From assembly GCF_009914755.1 (NCBI RefSeq), contig NC_060930.1: a stretch of 64,000 nt of DNA. The stretch is one strand, 5' to 3'. Positions 1-18,380 of this stretch are shown here, piece after piece. A program made the position numbers and the translations under genes. Under the pieces are notes generated by a model. That model saw only the letters and a list, made by a program, of their open reading frames with translations, did no database searches and was not told the DNA's origin. The DNA comes from the human T2T-CHM13v2.0 reference genome, Homo sapiens. Numbering within the stretch: position 1 is the stretch's first letter; every line of letters begins with the position of its first letter.

Positions 1-734
1 CAATCAGTTGTAGTGGAGTTGAAGAAAACAGATTGGGAGAAGCTGTGTAACTGTTCAATATGGCACTTTAATACCCGAAACATTGTAGCCAAATTTTCCA
101 AAATAGAACTGACAGTCTCATTGGTAAAACTGGACCAATAAAATGGAGCAGTAATTAAAGTACCCTCACTGACATTTGCTCCTGAATCTTTTGGTCTGAC
201 TTGGCTACTGCTATTTTCCTAATACTCTGAATATTTTGAATAGTGTGGAAAAGGGCATTAATATCCATGAACTTCTTCATGTTACTTTTGTGCCTTCTTG
301 ATTTTGCTTATCACTCTCTACCCTGATAAGAATGGTCTTTATGTTATTTATTTGACTAGTCTTCTGAGTACCTAGGACCAGGTGACCCTTTAATAACCCA
401 ATATCCCTTCGTTATATATCTATTTTCTTCCTGATGTGAATTACATTTTCTAATGACTAGAGAAGAATTTTGATCTTCTCTTTATAAAGTGCTTTGCATT
501 TATTGTGCTTAACAATTATTGTAATATAAATTGTTTATGAGCTTAAATCTAATACTGAAGTTTTCTTGAAATGTTTTGTTTGTTGTCTTCTTCATCCTTA
601 TGGTTTGAATTAGAGGAATTTTGTAAAAAATATTTCAGGTCCCATAAGAACAAAGCCTATGCTTTCAAAGCAAAGGATTTTCAAATAGTCTTAATAGTAG
701 GAAAACTTATTAACATTAACATAAAAGTTAATTT

Positions 735-2140
735 CACAGACAGAATTCTGGGAAGACGGTGGTGTAGGAAGGACCAGGAATCTGTCCTCATCTATACAAC
801 AACCGCCCTGGCAGAATCTGTCTGATGTAACTATTTTGGAACTCTGGAGTCTCTTAAAGGCTGGCAACTTCCAAGAGAAGGCATGGGTAGTAAATTGTGG
901 TTAATTTCAGCCAATTTTATCTCTTAGCACAGTAGCAGCTACCCATTCCGCACACCCAGCCCCATGGCAGGCAGCCATGCACTAGTTCCTGAAGGGGCTT
1001 GTACACAGCTTGTAGGAGCCAGGGTTGGCAAAGAGGACTCTGTCCTCCAAAAATCAGGAATTCGTGCTCTGATTTCTGATTGCAGCTTCTGATTATACAG
1101 GTACAGACTAAGAGACGACAGCCATTGTTGTTACACCTTCCCGCATTGTTGCAAGTCTCTCCCTCGCTAGCTGAAATGACTTCAGAGCCCTTTCTTCCCT
1201 TTTCATTTTTTTTTCTTTTCCCCTTTTGGAGCCAGACATTAAAGAATAAAACATTTAAAAGTAACTGTATATACAGGAGAAGTCTAGAAAGTGACCATGC
1301 ATACCCAGGGGAAGGTACAGGCTCAGAAACGACCTGAGACCTGAGAAAACTTTAAATTTACACCTCAGGCTGATCCTTGGCACACAGACAGCCTATAACA
1401 ATACAGACAAAACCAAAAATAACAACAGCCAGCAAATCCTGGGGAAGAGGGATAATCTGATTTACAGAGGTACCACATTATTAGATCCAAATGTCCAGTT
1501 TTCAACAAAAAAAATCACAAGGCATGTAAAGGAATAGGAACATACTTTTCATTCAAAGGAAAAAAAAATAAACCAATGGAAGCTGTCCCTGAACTAGACC
1601 TAGTGGTGGATCTACTAGACAAAAATTTTAAAATAACTATCTTAAAGATGCTCAAAGAACTAAACAAAGACATGGAGAAAGTAAAATGACAACAACAGCA
1701 ACAACAAGAAAAACAATGTCTGAACAAAATGAAAATATAAATGAGAGAGAATATAAAAAGAAACCAACAAGAAATTCTGGAGCTGAAAAAAACAATAACT
1801 GAAATAAAAAATTCACTAGAGGGATTCAAAGGCAGATTTGAACAGGAAGAAGAAAGAATCAGCAAAATTGAAGAGAGGACAAGAAATGATTGTGTCTCAG
1901 AAAAGGAAAGATTAAAGAAAAGTGAGCAGAGCACAGGAACTGTGAGACACCCTTAAGTGGACCAGCATACACATGAAAGTCTCAGAAGGAGAAGAGAGAG
2001 AGAAAGGGGAAGAGAGAACAGTTGAAGAAATAATGGCCAAAAACTTCCCAAACTTGATGAAAGCTATGAACATAAACATCCAAGAAGCTCAACAAACTTC
2101 AAATAGGGTGAATTCAAAGAGACCCACATTGAGACACATC
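735..2140 (+). mobile_element. Ancient L1 (L1MB3-like) 5' UTR and ORF1 N-terminal part
   Basis: ORFs 1741-1956 and 1973-2140 translate to decayed L1 ORF1p (EILELKKTITEIKNSLEG; EEIMAKNFPNLMK). Interrupted at 2140 by a younger L1. Confidence 0.8.
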
Positions 2141-3371
<1,231 letters not shown>

Positions 3372-3376
<5 letters not shown>

Positions 3377-3472
3377 GAATAGGCAAAGGTTTCATGACAA
3401 AGACACCAAAAGCAATTGCAACAAAAGCAAAAATTGATAAGTGGGATCTAATTAAACTTAAGAGCTTCTGCC

Positions 3473-3531
<59 letters not shown>

Positions 3532-3590
3532 TTAACAGAGTAAACAGACAACCTACAGAATGGGAGAAAATATTTGCAAACTATGCATCT
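3372..3590 (+). mobile_element. Inverted 5' segment of the same L1PA insertion, containing an A51 run
   Basis: Sense ORF2 sequence ending at ctatgcatctga, which is where the minus-strand part begins in L1 coordinates. catag microhomology at the junction. Confidence 0.8.
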
Positions 3591-4436
3591 GAGACAAATT
3601 TTAACTAAACTTTTGAAAGCTTAGTTTCAAAAAAGACAAAAAAAGGAGCTTGAAAGCAGCAAGGGAAGTGACTCATCACAAGCAAGGGAACAATAATAAG
3701 ATTATCAGCATATTCCTCATCAGAAACTTTAAAGGCCAAAATGCAGTGGGCTGATGTATTCAAAGTGCAAAAAGAAAAAACAAGAATCATTTATCCAGCA
3801 ATATTGTCCTACAAAAATGAAGGAGAAATTAAGACATTTCCAGATAAACAAAAGTTGAGGGAGTTCATTACCACTAGAACTGCCCTGCAAGAAATGCTAA
3901 AGGGAGTCCTGCAGGTTGAAATGAAAGGACATTAGACAGTAACTTGAAGCCATATGAAGAAATAAAAATCTCAGTAAAGGTAAAGAAGGGCGATTATAAA
4001 AGCTGGTGTTATTGTAACAATGGTTTGTAACTCTGCTTTTTGTTTCCTCCATGATGTAAGAGACTGATACATTTTTTAAAAGCAATTATTAGTCTAAAAC
4101 CTAGTAGTGTTATAATTTTGGTTTTTAATTCCACATTTTGTTTCTCTATAATTTAAGAAGTTAATGCATTAAAAATTATTAGTTTATGTTTTTGACACAC
4201 AATGTATAAAGATGTAATTATGTGGCATGAACAATTGAAAGGAGAGTGGACAGAGATGTAAAGGAGCAGTGTTTTTATGTTATTGAAGTTAAGTTGGTAT
4301 GAATCCCAATTAGAATATATAACTTCAGGATATTAAATACAGTCCCTATGGTGACTACAAAGAAAATAGAATATATACAAAAGGAAATGAAAAAGGAATT
4401 GAAACTATACAAAATTTCACTATAAAAAATCAACTA
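3591..4436 (+). mobile_element. Ancient L1MB-like ORF1 C-terminus and inter-ORF region (continuation)
   Basis: ORF 3741-3935 is the L1 ORF1p C-terminus (YPAILSYKNEGEIKTFPDKQKLREFITTR). Confidence 0.8.
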
Positions 4437-7387
<2,951 letters not shown>

Positions 7388-7890
7388 AAAGAATCAACTA
7401 AACACAAAAGATAATAATGCAGGAAATGAAGGTTAAAAAAACCCTTTAAGGTATGTAGAAAACAAACAGCAAAATGACAGAAGGAAGTGCCCCCTTATCC
7501 ATCCACCTTAAGAAGGAAGGAAATTTTGACCTATGCTACAACAGGAATGAACCTTTAGGACATTATGCTAAGTGAAATTTTCCAGTCACAAAAAGACAAA
7601 TACTGTATGAATTAATTAATATGAGGAATTTAGAGTAGTCAAAATCATAGAAACTGAAAGTAGAATGTTGGGGGCCTGGAGGTAAAATGCTGGGGCGGGG
7701 GAGAAATGGGGAGTTAATGCTTAAAGGGTTTAGAGTTTCAGTTTTACAAGATAAGAGATCTGAAGATGGATGGTGCTGATGGTTGTACAACAATATGAAC
7801 ATGCTTAATACCGCTGAACTGTACTCTTAAAATGGTTAAGACAATAAATTTGATATATGTATTTTACCACAGTACAAAAAATTGGAAAAA
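7388..7890 (+). mobile_element. Ancient L1MB3-like: ORF2 start joined directly to the 3' end
   Basis: aaaATGacagaagg (ORF2 start, about 7474) is followed within about 30 bp by L1MB 3'-end sequence (gacattatgctaagtgaaa; actgtactcttaaaatggttaag). Confidence 0.7.
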
Positions 7891-8118
7891 AGCTAATGTA
7901 TTAACGTATTGTTTAGAGCTTTAACATTTTCCAAGTGCTTTTCTATCTCTGCCCTATGTGAGGGCAGGAACCTTGTCTAGTGTATCTCGGAGATGTATCC
8001 ACAGTGCCTGCATAGAGCCAGGTGCTGTGATAGACATAAAAATCATTGTTAAATATTGCTGAATGGGCATATTTTCTTATTGAAGCATTATACCTGCTTT
8101 ATGAGACCATATAGAACA

Positions 8119-8757
8119 CAGCTAGTTCTGTGCTCTATAAAGTCATCGGGAATATTGAATTAGTGAATAGTGGATACTGAACCCTTGCTCTTAGGGTAAA
8201 TACAGAGTGAGGTTTCTTTGAGCCTCTGGTCACAACATTTTCATCAATTAATAAATAACCTTGTGCATTTCTGTTTAAAGATGCCTTACTTAATATATAT
8301 TGTTGATTCATGAAGATCGAACTCACAGCCAACAGCGCTATAACTCATGCCTGAATGAAGCTTATCTAACACAGGCGTTTTCTCTGTAGGGTACATCACA
8401 GCCTTCTTGTGCTTAAAGACGGTAGACAACACTTCAGTGCTATGGTTGGGGGCCATTTTAAACAGCAAAATCACCAAGAAAAAGCACAAAAATGTGAAAA
8501 GGTGGCACTAAATAGAACACAAAAAGTGCACCTCTTTTCAGTATCAGGGCTAAAAACAGAAAGCACGGTGTCACCTTGTTCTCCCTCAGCTGAGCACATT
8601 CATGTCAGATGACTTCGATTTTTTGCCTCTCTGCATATCTGTGAATGATCATGAAAGCATGGTGAGTATTGATTTTTTTTTGGGGGGGTTATAAATAAAT
8701 ATTAGGGAGTAAGGGAACTTGCAGATACAGAATCTGTGAATGATGAAGATTTGCTGC
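8119..8757 (-). mobile_element. TcMar-Tigger MITE (MER82-like)
   Basis: Recognised internal motifs cagccaacagcgctataactcatgcctgaa and gggggccattttaaacagcaaaatcacc. Terminus gaatctgtgaatgatgaagatttgctg. Confidence 0.65.
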
Positions 8758-9404
8758 ATGAATATGTCCTTTTTGCATGTTTAGAAAATCCAGAAAGAAA
8801 AGTTTTTCAAGTTCAAAAAGATGTGTCTGAGGTCTTACGAGTAGAACTGAAACCTAAGCCTTCTGACTTCTGGGTCAACATCCATGCCAATATCCAATGT
8901 TGCCTTCTTAAGAAGTGGAGGGGGGCGTAGGTCAAACTCATGATCATACAGATAACACCTATTTTTGAACAGTAGGTAGTATCTGTGCTTAAAGTTATCA
9001 AGTTCTATAATTTGAAATTACATTGATATTCCTACAAGTTATCTATTTTGTAACTTACGTTACTCATTTGTAACAAAAACATACATAGTCACTGAATCCT
9101 ACTATGACTGTAAAAGGAAAAGTAATTGGGGCTTATTTGTCTCAGATGTGCATTGCACGAGTGCAATGGGAACATCATGACTCACTGCCTTGTTTGTGGT
9201 GGATAGCCAGCCAGTGCTTGTTATATACAAGATTCCAGTAGTAGGAGGAGGCTGGAGAAAAGATAAAGAGGAGATGGGCAACTGCCTTCAAAAATATCTT
9301 GGGGTTATTCTGTGTTGTTTTGGTGCTTTCATCTTCTATAGAGGCCAGCTAAGTCAGGGTGCTCAGCTCTAAGTACAAAACCCAAATTGGTTAGATTAAG
9401 TACT

Positions 9405-9664
9405 TAATTTTATTTTCTTTTTCATTTTTTCCAGCTTTATTGAGGTATGATTAACAAATAAGAGTTTTATATATTTGTGGTGTACAACATGATGTTTTGA
9501 TACATGCATATATTGTGAAATGACTACTGTGATCAAGCTCATTAATATATCCATCAGCTCACATAGTTACCCTTTTTGGTGTGTATGTGGTGAGAACATT
9601 TAAGATCTACTTTCTTAGCAAATTACAAGTATACCATACAGTCTTATTAATGATAGTCACTGTG
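9405..9664 (-). mobile_element. L1MA8-10-like 3' end fragment
   Basis: ttattgaggtatgatt...tgtacaacatgatgttttga...gtggtgagaacatttaagatctac. Confidence 0.75.
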
Positions 9665-9916
9665 GATGATTTTAGTTTTGGATCCATAACACCAAGATGG
9701 CAAAACACAGCTGTGTATTCTAATGTTGGGAATGAGAAGGCAATAACTATTCCTTGTGGAATATTAATTTTATGCCACTCCACATATTTTCCAAAAACAC
9801 TTTCCAAATTGTATTCTGTAGGACATTAGTATTCCATGAGATCTTAAAAGATACACTATAAAAAAACAAAAAGTTGTTTAAGGTGAAGAGAGTTTGGTAA
9901 ACATTGGGTTAAGCAG

Positions 9917-10218
9917 TTTTTTTTATTTTTTATTTTTTTTATTATACTTTAAGTTCTAGGGTACATGTGCACAATGTGCAGGTTTGTTACATATGTATAC
10001 ATGTGCCATGTTGGTGTGCTGCACCCATTAACTCGTCATTTACATTAGGTATATCTCCTAATACTATCCCTCCCCCCACCCCACAACAGGCCCCAGTGTG
10101 TGATGTTCCCCTTCCTGTGTCCAAGTGTTCTCATTGTTCAACTCCCACCTATGAATGAGAACATGCGGTGTTTGGTTTTTTGCCCTTGTGATAGTTTGCT
10201 GAGAATGATGGTTTCCAG
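9917..10218 (-). mobile_element. L1PA4/5-like 3' UTR (non-inverted part of the third twin-primed insertion)
   Basis: T tail then antisense L1PA 3' UTR. TSD agcagtttt at 9912-9920 and 10699-10707. Confidence 0.9.
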
Positions 10219-10698
10219 TTTAAACAAACAACCCCATCGAAAAGTGGGCAAAGGACATGAACAAACACTTCTCAAAAGAAGACATTTATGCAGCCAACAG
10301 ACACATGAAAAAATGCTCATCATCACTGGGCATCAGAGAAATGCAAATCAAAACCACAATGAGATACCATCTCACACCAGTTAGAATGGCCATCATTAAA
10401 AAGTCAGGAAACAACAGGTGCTGGAGAGGATGTGGAGAAATAGGAACACTTTTACACTGTTGGTGCGACTGTAAACTAGTTTAACCATTGTGGAAGACAG
10501 TGTCGCGATTCCTCAGGGATCTAGAACTAGAAATACCATTTGACCCAGCCATCCTATTACTGGGTATGTACCCAAAGGAGTATAAATCATGCTGCTATAA
10601 AGACACATGCACACGTATGTTTATTGCAGCACTATTCACAATAGCAAAGGCTTGGAACCAACCCAAATGTCCAGCGATAGACTGGATTAAGAAAATGT
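10219..10698 (+). mobile_element. Inverted ORF2 C-terminal segment of the same L1PA
   Basis: Translates to [16 protein letters not shown] (CCHC region). About 80 bp of L1 is missing between the two segments. Confidence 0.9.
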
Positions 10699-11147
10699 AG
10701 CAGTTTTCTTTAATGCAGGTTTCTTGGAACCGCTAGTAAGCTTGTATGTGTGTTCACTCTCTCAGAGAATGTAATTGTGGGACACCCAGAAATATCTCTT
10801 GTTCTGCAGATCGTCGTTTGGACAATGCTGTTGTGCAGTATTGTATACAAAATTCCAGGGAAAGTGAGAGAAGAGAGAGTTAAAATTTTCATTCTGCTGA
10901 GATGGAAAAGTCAAGTGAGATTGAGTTATATTCTCTACCTTACACTACTGGAGAATCTTAGCATGTGAAACTACATCTCTGGCAGCAGTTCTCTTTATGG
11001 AGAGACAATGTCTGTCTGCCTCATGCAGTATATAATGGGCAAATCCAGTGAATCTCTTTCCTGAACCTAGAGGGTACTGTGGAGGTTGCAGGAAAGATTT
11101 CCTCTACAACCAAGAGTCAAGCCAGGGCTCTTAGAAGTGTGGGGCTT

Positions 11148-11555
11148 GTAGTGGGTTGAACGGTGGTCTCCCTCTACCCCAAATTATATGTCTAACAAGA
11201 ACCTGTGAATGCAACCTTATTTGAAAATAGGGTCTTTGCAGATGTATTTAAGTTAAGGATCTGAGATGAGACCATCTTGATCTTGAAATCAAGAAGAGGA
11301 AAACAGTGTTCTACATGCCAATCTTCTAGTGTAAGAAAGAGTTTATCTAGATGGACACTAAATCTAAGGATAGACATCTTTATAAAAGAAAAGGCAGAGG
11401 GAGGTTTGAGACAGAGAGAAGAGTGTGTGAAGATAGAGGTAGAGATAGAAATTGTGCAGCTACAAACCAAGGAGCTCCTGGAACCACCAGAAGGTGGAAG
11501 AGGCAAGGAATGGATTCTCCTCTAGAGCCTTTAGAGGGAGCATGGTCCTGGCACG
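11148..11555 (+). mobile_element. MLT1C-like MaLR LTR (3' truncated) with an internal insertion
   Basis: tgtagtgggttgaa start; gaccttatttg-like aaatagggtctttgcagatg; ggaagaggcaaggaatggattctcctctagagcct. Confidence 0.8.
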
Positions 11556-14374
11556 GTGGAAGAATTGACGGGAAGGTGAACATGGACTGTCTGGAGAGCA
11601 AGGCCACCATGGAGGTGGGAAGGATGCTCTACTGCATGGTAAAGGGTTAGAATAGGGCAACTCTGGGAGAGTACTCTGGCAAGAAAATAAAATACATTTC
11701 CCTTGCCTTGGATAAATCAGTTGGGGGACTTGGGGACAGGTTCAGAGTGAAGTCAGCAGGAAGCAAGCATAGTCTCTGACTGCTGCTGAGTCCCACATCT
11801 TTCAGGACAGTGGAGCACTCCCGGGACACTGCAGTGTGAATTTCAGGAAAATGCACCCTAGTAAAAAGACATTCCACATATGCAGCCGTTGCAAATGAAA
11901 CAGAAAAAAGTTGCTAACAAAAAAATGTGTTACTGTTTCTACCTTCTAGGAGAATGGCATAATATATTATTTCCAAGGTAGTGACTCTATTGCTTTCAAA
12001 TAGCCCTGATGGGACTTTTGATTGAGAAAAACAAAACTTCCTAGGCATATTGAGGATGAGTCAGGATGAGACAGATATAATGTGTTACTGCTCTCATAAT
12101 AGAGTAAAATAGATAGAGGGGGCTAAGGTCTGTGAATGGAAAGGGAAGGGAGGTGTGAGGAGGATGGAGTAAGAGTGAGAGGTCCTAAGAACATGGAGGG
12201 AGGCTGTGTGTGATCGATGGAGAAATATGGTCCTGAGAGATTTCTTGTAGTCAAGAATGGCCAATACATGTCTACCTTTAACTGGTATTGGAAGGAAGTA
12301 GTTTCCTGCTCTGTGCTCTAAATACTCTCTATTACCCTCAAGATGTCAGCAAAATGTGATACATAGCAATCTTGTGTTAGAGATGCTTTAGGAATTGCAG
12401 AAAAACCATGCTATCAAGTGGTAGGGAAGTGAGTGGCAAGAGGATGTCTGTCACAGAAACTAGGGATAGAGGGGCTGGCAATGGCAGAGATGCAGGTGGA
12501 GTGGACTGATTCAGGGGAGGCAGAGGCAAACCTGAGGAAGGTGCTAGGCCTCTTGCCATGTGTGGCCTGGGAGCTTTATCTAGATATTAAAAAGAGGGTT
12601 CATCACAGAAGAATGGGGGGTCATTCAGACTGAGGGTATCTGGGCTTCTGAGTAAAGTCAGATGTGCTCAGGACTGGGGTGTGGGTGGGTAGAATTTGGG
12701 TGTGCTTAATTGAGGCGGATTTGTGAGCTTATACAAACTACTGAGTTCATTGCTATAAGTGTTGAATTTAACATAACTCTTTGGTAAAGCACCTGCCCTA
12801 TATTTAGAATATTCTCACGAGGCTGTGTATGTCTATGCTTGGATGGTAGATATTTAGGATGGGGAAAGTGGAAGGAAGCTATGCCAATTAGAAAGTGCCA
12901 TGAAACCAATGCCTTGTGGAAAACTATGCAAGAAGACTGATCCTGGTGGTGCAGAAATATAATCTCATTTGAACAAGGAACAGAGAGAAATGGAAAGGCA
13001 GAATGACAAAGGTATTGGTTCAGTGGGAACCATTGAAGATGACTGCAGGAGGAACAGAAAGTTATAACCTAGTAATATCCCATTCAGTATTGTATCTGAA
13101 GTCATTCTGAGAAGAGAAAAGTGATTGGTTTGAATCTACTTGGTAAAAACTAATCAAAGTGATAATTGATGTTATGTGTGTTCAGTCTGCCATATTGCCA
13201 TACTTGTTATTCTTAGATGTAAAGGTTTTAAATATCCAATAATAGGTAAGGGTGAAATATCATCTAAGACTGAGATTCCATTTCACCCAAGGCTGTCAAA
13301 TTTGTGTGAGTAGAAGTTAACACAAAATTAAATATTACTGTTTTAGTGATTATAATGATATGCTGAACAAGGGCTACTTTGGGAAAAAAAGAGCCCGCTT
13401 GTATATAGAGTACTTTATTATGTCTTCCCACATGATTAGGTTGATGTCTGGGTTTCCGATTCCTTCTGAGGCCTGAGAGAAGATTAGATCACTCATTCCC
13501 AACTGGTCATTTCTCTCTGTAGATGGGAGAATCAGTGCTAATTGATACTTTTTATATTTAATTATACTTAATTACTTCTGTCTGGCTGCCCTGAAACCAA
13601 GAAGAGGAAAACAGTATTCTACATGCAAATCTTCTAACATAAACATTTCTTAACCTTATTTGCTTCAAGATTGGTCCAAATATAAAATCTTTAAGATAAA
13701 AGCTGTTTAAAGTGGTTTCTTATCTGTATTTTGGTCCTGTCTCTGGAGCCCCCCGTTCTGGAAACCATTTGTGAGATTTCTGTGATAGGGAATTTGCTCA
13801 TTTTCTACTTCCCTGGCACCCGACTCTTCTGTATTAGGTCTTAATGTATTCATTTCCTAGTCTTTTTGTTAGCTTGCCTAAACTGCATCCATAACCTTTA
13901 GGTCCATCTTTCTCCCTTTGAACCATCAGATACAGGTCTTTGGTCACAGTGCTCTTCCCAATGGCTTGAGAATATCACCCCTCTTTCAAAAGGAAAATGC
14001 TTTCTGTTTTTTTTTTTCTGGATAAAATTCCCTACCTGGTCCCAGTGTACTGTTCCCAGTTTTCTGCTATTCCCCTGTGCCAGTCAAGTTGTTTTATTTG
14101 TCCTCTCCTGATGTCCTACATTTTACCCATCTGGAACCCACTCTTTTCACTCCTCTCTGTCTCTCTGAATCCTAACACCTCTCAAGGGGCAGATCCCATT
14201 CTCCTGCTCTGGATGCCTCCCCTGACCAGCCCAAGTCTGATGAGATTTTTGCCTTCTTTAATATCCTAGGAGTTTATTGTCAAGCACATTGATTTGGAAA
14301 TCTAGAGAATCACCTAGGGAGTTCAATAGAAAGGAGGCCTTGGCTGGGCAGGTGGGGTGGGGGAGAATTCCAGT

Positions 14375-14565
14375 AAAAACTCTGCTTCTTACACGTATAA
14401 AGAGTTCAGGTAAGTTTACTAATCTTCATTGATTCTCTTTTTTTTATTGCTAAAATGGAGACAAACTACTCTGTCTACTCTTCTTGGTTGTCTTGAGGAT
14501 TAATAAATGTCATGTATATGTAAAAGTCTTTGTAATCTGGAAAGGGCTACAGAAGTGTAAATTAT
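14375..14565 (+). mobile_element. MIR/MIR3 fragment
   Basis: aaaatggag...ggttgtcttgaggatt...atgtaaaagt core and tail motifs. Confidence 0.5.
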
Positions 14566-14980
14566 GGTATCTGCTGTTAGAGATCTCTGTTTTTGAACTG
14601 ACTCCCTATCAAAACCTTCCTTTATTATTTAATGCCTCCCATATCTATGTTTAATCAGTATAATCCACTTCACCAGCCAGGGTACAAATATAGTAACACC
14701 ACACAATATTTTTCTAATTAATTTCTTAACTTACTCTCTACCCACTCCTCTACCATGCCTACCATGATTAACAGGAAGTCTGTTCCCTCCCTCTCAGAAT
14801 TCCCCAATACCCACCTTCTCCAATTGTTTAAGAACTAAGGTTTTACTCAGCCCCCAAAGGCAAGTCTTGTTTTTAAAAGAAAGGCAGAGAGAGAGAGGAC
14901 TAGAATTCCATTGAGTCCACTGTTGAACATTGGTTTCTCCCGGCTTGGTAGATACTTCTGCATTCAGAAATAATCCTCTT

Positions 14981-15272
14981 GTCTGGGTGCAGTGGCTGAT
15001 GCCTGTAATCCCAGCACTTTGAAATGCTGAGGCAATAGGATCACTTGAGGAGTTTGAGACCAGCCTGACCAACATGGTGAAACACCATCTCTACTAAAAA
15101 TACAAAACTTAGCTGGGCATGGTGGCATGTGCCTGTAATCCCAGATTCTTGGGAGGCTGAGGCAGGAGAATCACTTGAACCAGGAGGTGGAAGGTGTAGT
15201 GAGCCCAGATCATGCCATTGCACTCCAGCCTGGGTGACGGAGCAAGACTGTCTCAAACAAACAACAGAAAAT
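14981..15272 (+). mobile_element. Alu (S/J)
   Basis: Full dimer. TSD aaataatcctctt at 14968-14980 and 15273-15285. Confidence 0.95.
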
Positions 15273-15344
15273 AAATAATCCTCTTGCAGGCCCTGATGCC
15301 TATATAGGTGGAAGCCGTGGGTCCCCCAGTATGGCAGCATGGCA

Positions 15345-16106
<762 letters not shown>

Positions 16107-17119
16107 AGAAGGGTCTCCAGCCTCACTCCATACTCACCAGAAAGGGGCTTCATGCCCTTTCTTTCCAGGAAATCTTCTCTCTGGGACTCCCCTTTCTTGT
16201 CAATGGACCTTGGGAATGGCTACTCTAGTTGTTCTTCACAGATGTTCCATTGTGAATCTCAGGGAGCTCAGGTTGGGGTTCCCAAAAAATCCTCAGAAGA
16301 CTTCAGATTTCTTTCTGCAGATTTTCTCACCCCATCCACAGAGCTGAGCAACATGGGGAGAGACATCTTTTGTGTCTACCTCCAGTACATAGGTCTTGTT
16401 ACATGCTCTTTCCAGAGAAGGGGGTGCCCATTACCCCAACATTTTAAAATTCAAGGCAGAAGCAGTTTAAATTACTTTTTCTAAAAATGAACAAACAGAA
16501 AACAAAAAGCTGCCCCAGGTGACTTGCTATTTCCACCCTTAGATTTAATAGAGGCTCACGTGGTTTTAGGCATCCCTTGGTCAGCATCCTTTTCATATAT
16601 TTTGTCTTCACCATATTGCAAGCTTCTTGAGAACTGCTTTTTGGGTTTCAGATTGTTCATTTGTAAAACTGAGGGCTAGATTACATTTAAAGATCCCTTT
16701 TAGTTGTGTGATTTCCAAGGAAGATATAATATTAGAGATGGGCTATTAAGTGATTTTCTTCCTTTAGATACTGTGTTTATTCTGTTTGATAATCTATCTT
16801 ACACATAGCATTTTCTGATTTACTCACATACATTGCATTGTTTGATCCACATACGTAACTTGTGAAATGGCAGAGTAAATATCTGCTGCCTTTTACATGT
16901 CAGAAACTTGAGACTTGTTGAAGTTAAAGGACAAGCCCAAGATCCTGGAGGAGGCTCTGGGTTTCGTGCCTGTTGTTGACTAATCCTCTAATCGAAATGC
17001 CTTATGATTTTCTTTTCACATCCTGCCCTATAACTATAAACACAGCACCCTTCATGCAGCACCTTTATGTTTCTCTTATTCTCAGACATCTGTATTTGGA
17101 GGCAAGGGGCAAGTAAAGG

Positions 17120-17783
17120 TATTACAGATTCAAATGCCTGAAAGAGCCAGGCAGGATAAGATAGTGAAGCAGGGTCAGGCTCCTGCAACAAGAGGGCAGG
17201 GGACTATGGCCAACTGAAGAGCACAGGTTCTGTCCAAAAGGGACAGTCCCTGTTCAGCACTACCTCATTGTTGACACTAAGGAATGCTGGCCCAAGGTTG
17301 CCAAATTTTTAGTGCTTCAGGAAAGCTGGAACTATATATATCTTAATATGAAATTTGCATTTTAAGATATCAAAATTTTAATTTTTGTTTAATTTTTTAT
17401 TTTAAAGTCAGGGTTGTGCTGTGTTGCGCAGGCTGGAGTGCAGTGGCATGATTATAGCTCATTGTAGCCTGGATCTCCTGGGCTCAAGCGACCCTCCTGC
17501 CTCAACCTCCTGAGCAGCTAGGACCACAGGCATGCATCACCACATCTGACTAATTTTTCTACCTTTTGCAAAGATGAGGTCTTGCTATGTTGTCCAGGGT
17601 GGTATCAAACTCCTGGCCTCAAGTGATCCTCCCACCTCAGCCTCCCAAAGTATTGGGATTACAGACGTGAGCCACTGTACCTCGACAAAATAATTTTAAA
17701 AATATTTTAAACCCTGTGAGTCTCAACACACACACATATATAGATGGTGTTTGTTCCATAGATATCCAACTTAGATACTACTG
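17120..17783 (+). mobile_element. hAT-Charlie MER102-like element interrupted by AluJ
   Basis: ttcaaatgcctgaaagagccaggcagg...ggggactatggccaactgaagagc...ggaatgctggcccaaggttgcca. Confidence 0.55.
17383..17687 (-). mobile_element. AluJ
   Basis: Antisense dimer with J-type motifs (ctcctgggctcaagcg, tcttgctatgttg). Confidence 0.92.
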
Positions 17784-17816
17784 CTTTGGAAGTATGAACT
17801 ATGTTTAATTGACTTG

Positions 17817-18082
17817 GGGGGCTGAGGCAGGAGGATTGCTTGAGTCTAGGAATTTGGGACCAGCCTGGGCAACATAGGTAGACCTTGTCTCTACAAAATA
17901 TAAATTAGCCAGGCATGGTGGTGCGTGCCATGGTCCCAGCTACCCTGGAAGCTAAGCTGGGAGGATTGCTTGAGCCTAGGTGGTTGAGGCTGCAGTGGGC
18001 CAAGATTGCACCATTACACTCCAGCCAGGGTGACAGAGAAAGACCCTGTCTCAAAATCAATAAACAAAAACAAACAAAAAAA
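17817..18082 (+). mobile_element. AluJ, 5' truncated
   Basis: gaggattgcttgag in both arms; A-rich tail. Confidence 0.9.
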
Positions 18083-18169
18083 CTAACTTGGCAAGTTTCC
18101 CTCCAAAAAATCCTATGAAATGATTTGATGTATTTTGCTACTTTTATTAAAAGTTTGATATAAATAGTA

Positions 18170-18380
18170 ACAAATAAGAATAGCTACCGATTGTTGGATG
18201 GCTGCTATGTTCCAGGGAGTATGCTTGATGTTTGACACGCATCATTCAGAATTCTTCTAGTGACCTTCTGAGATATCTATTATTATCCTTATTTTACAGA
18301 CAAGGAAGCTGAGGCCCAGAGCTGACCTAATTTGTTAGGGGTACATAGTCAGTAAACCCAGATTTCTGGCTTTTTATTTA
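18170..18380 (-). mobile_element. MIR
   Basis: attatccttattttacagacaaggaagctgaggcccagag core. Confidence 0.7.
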
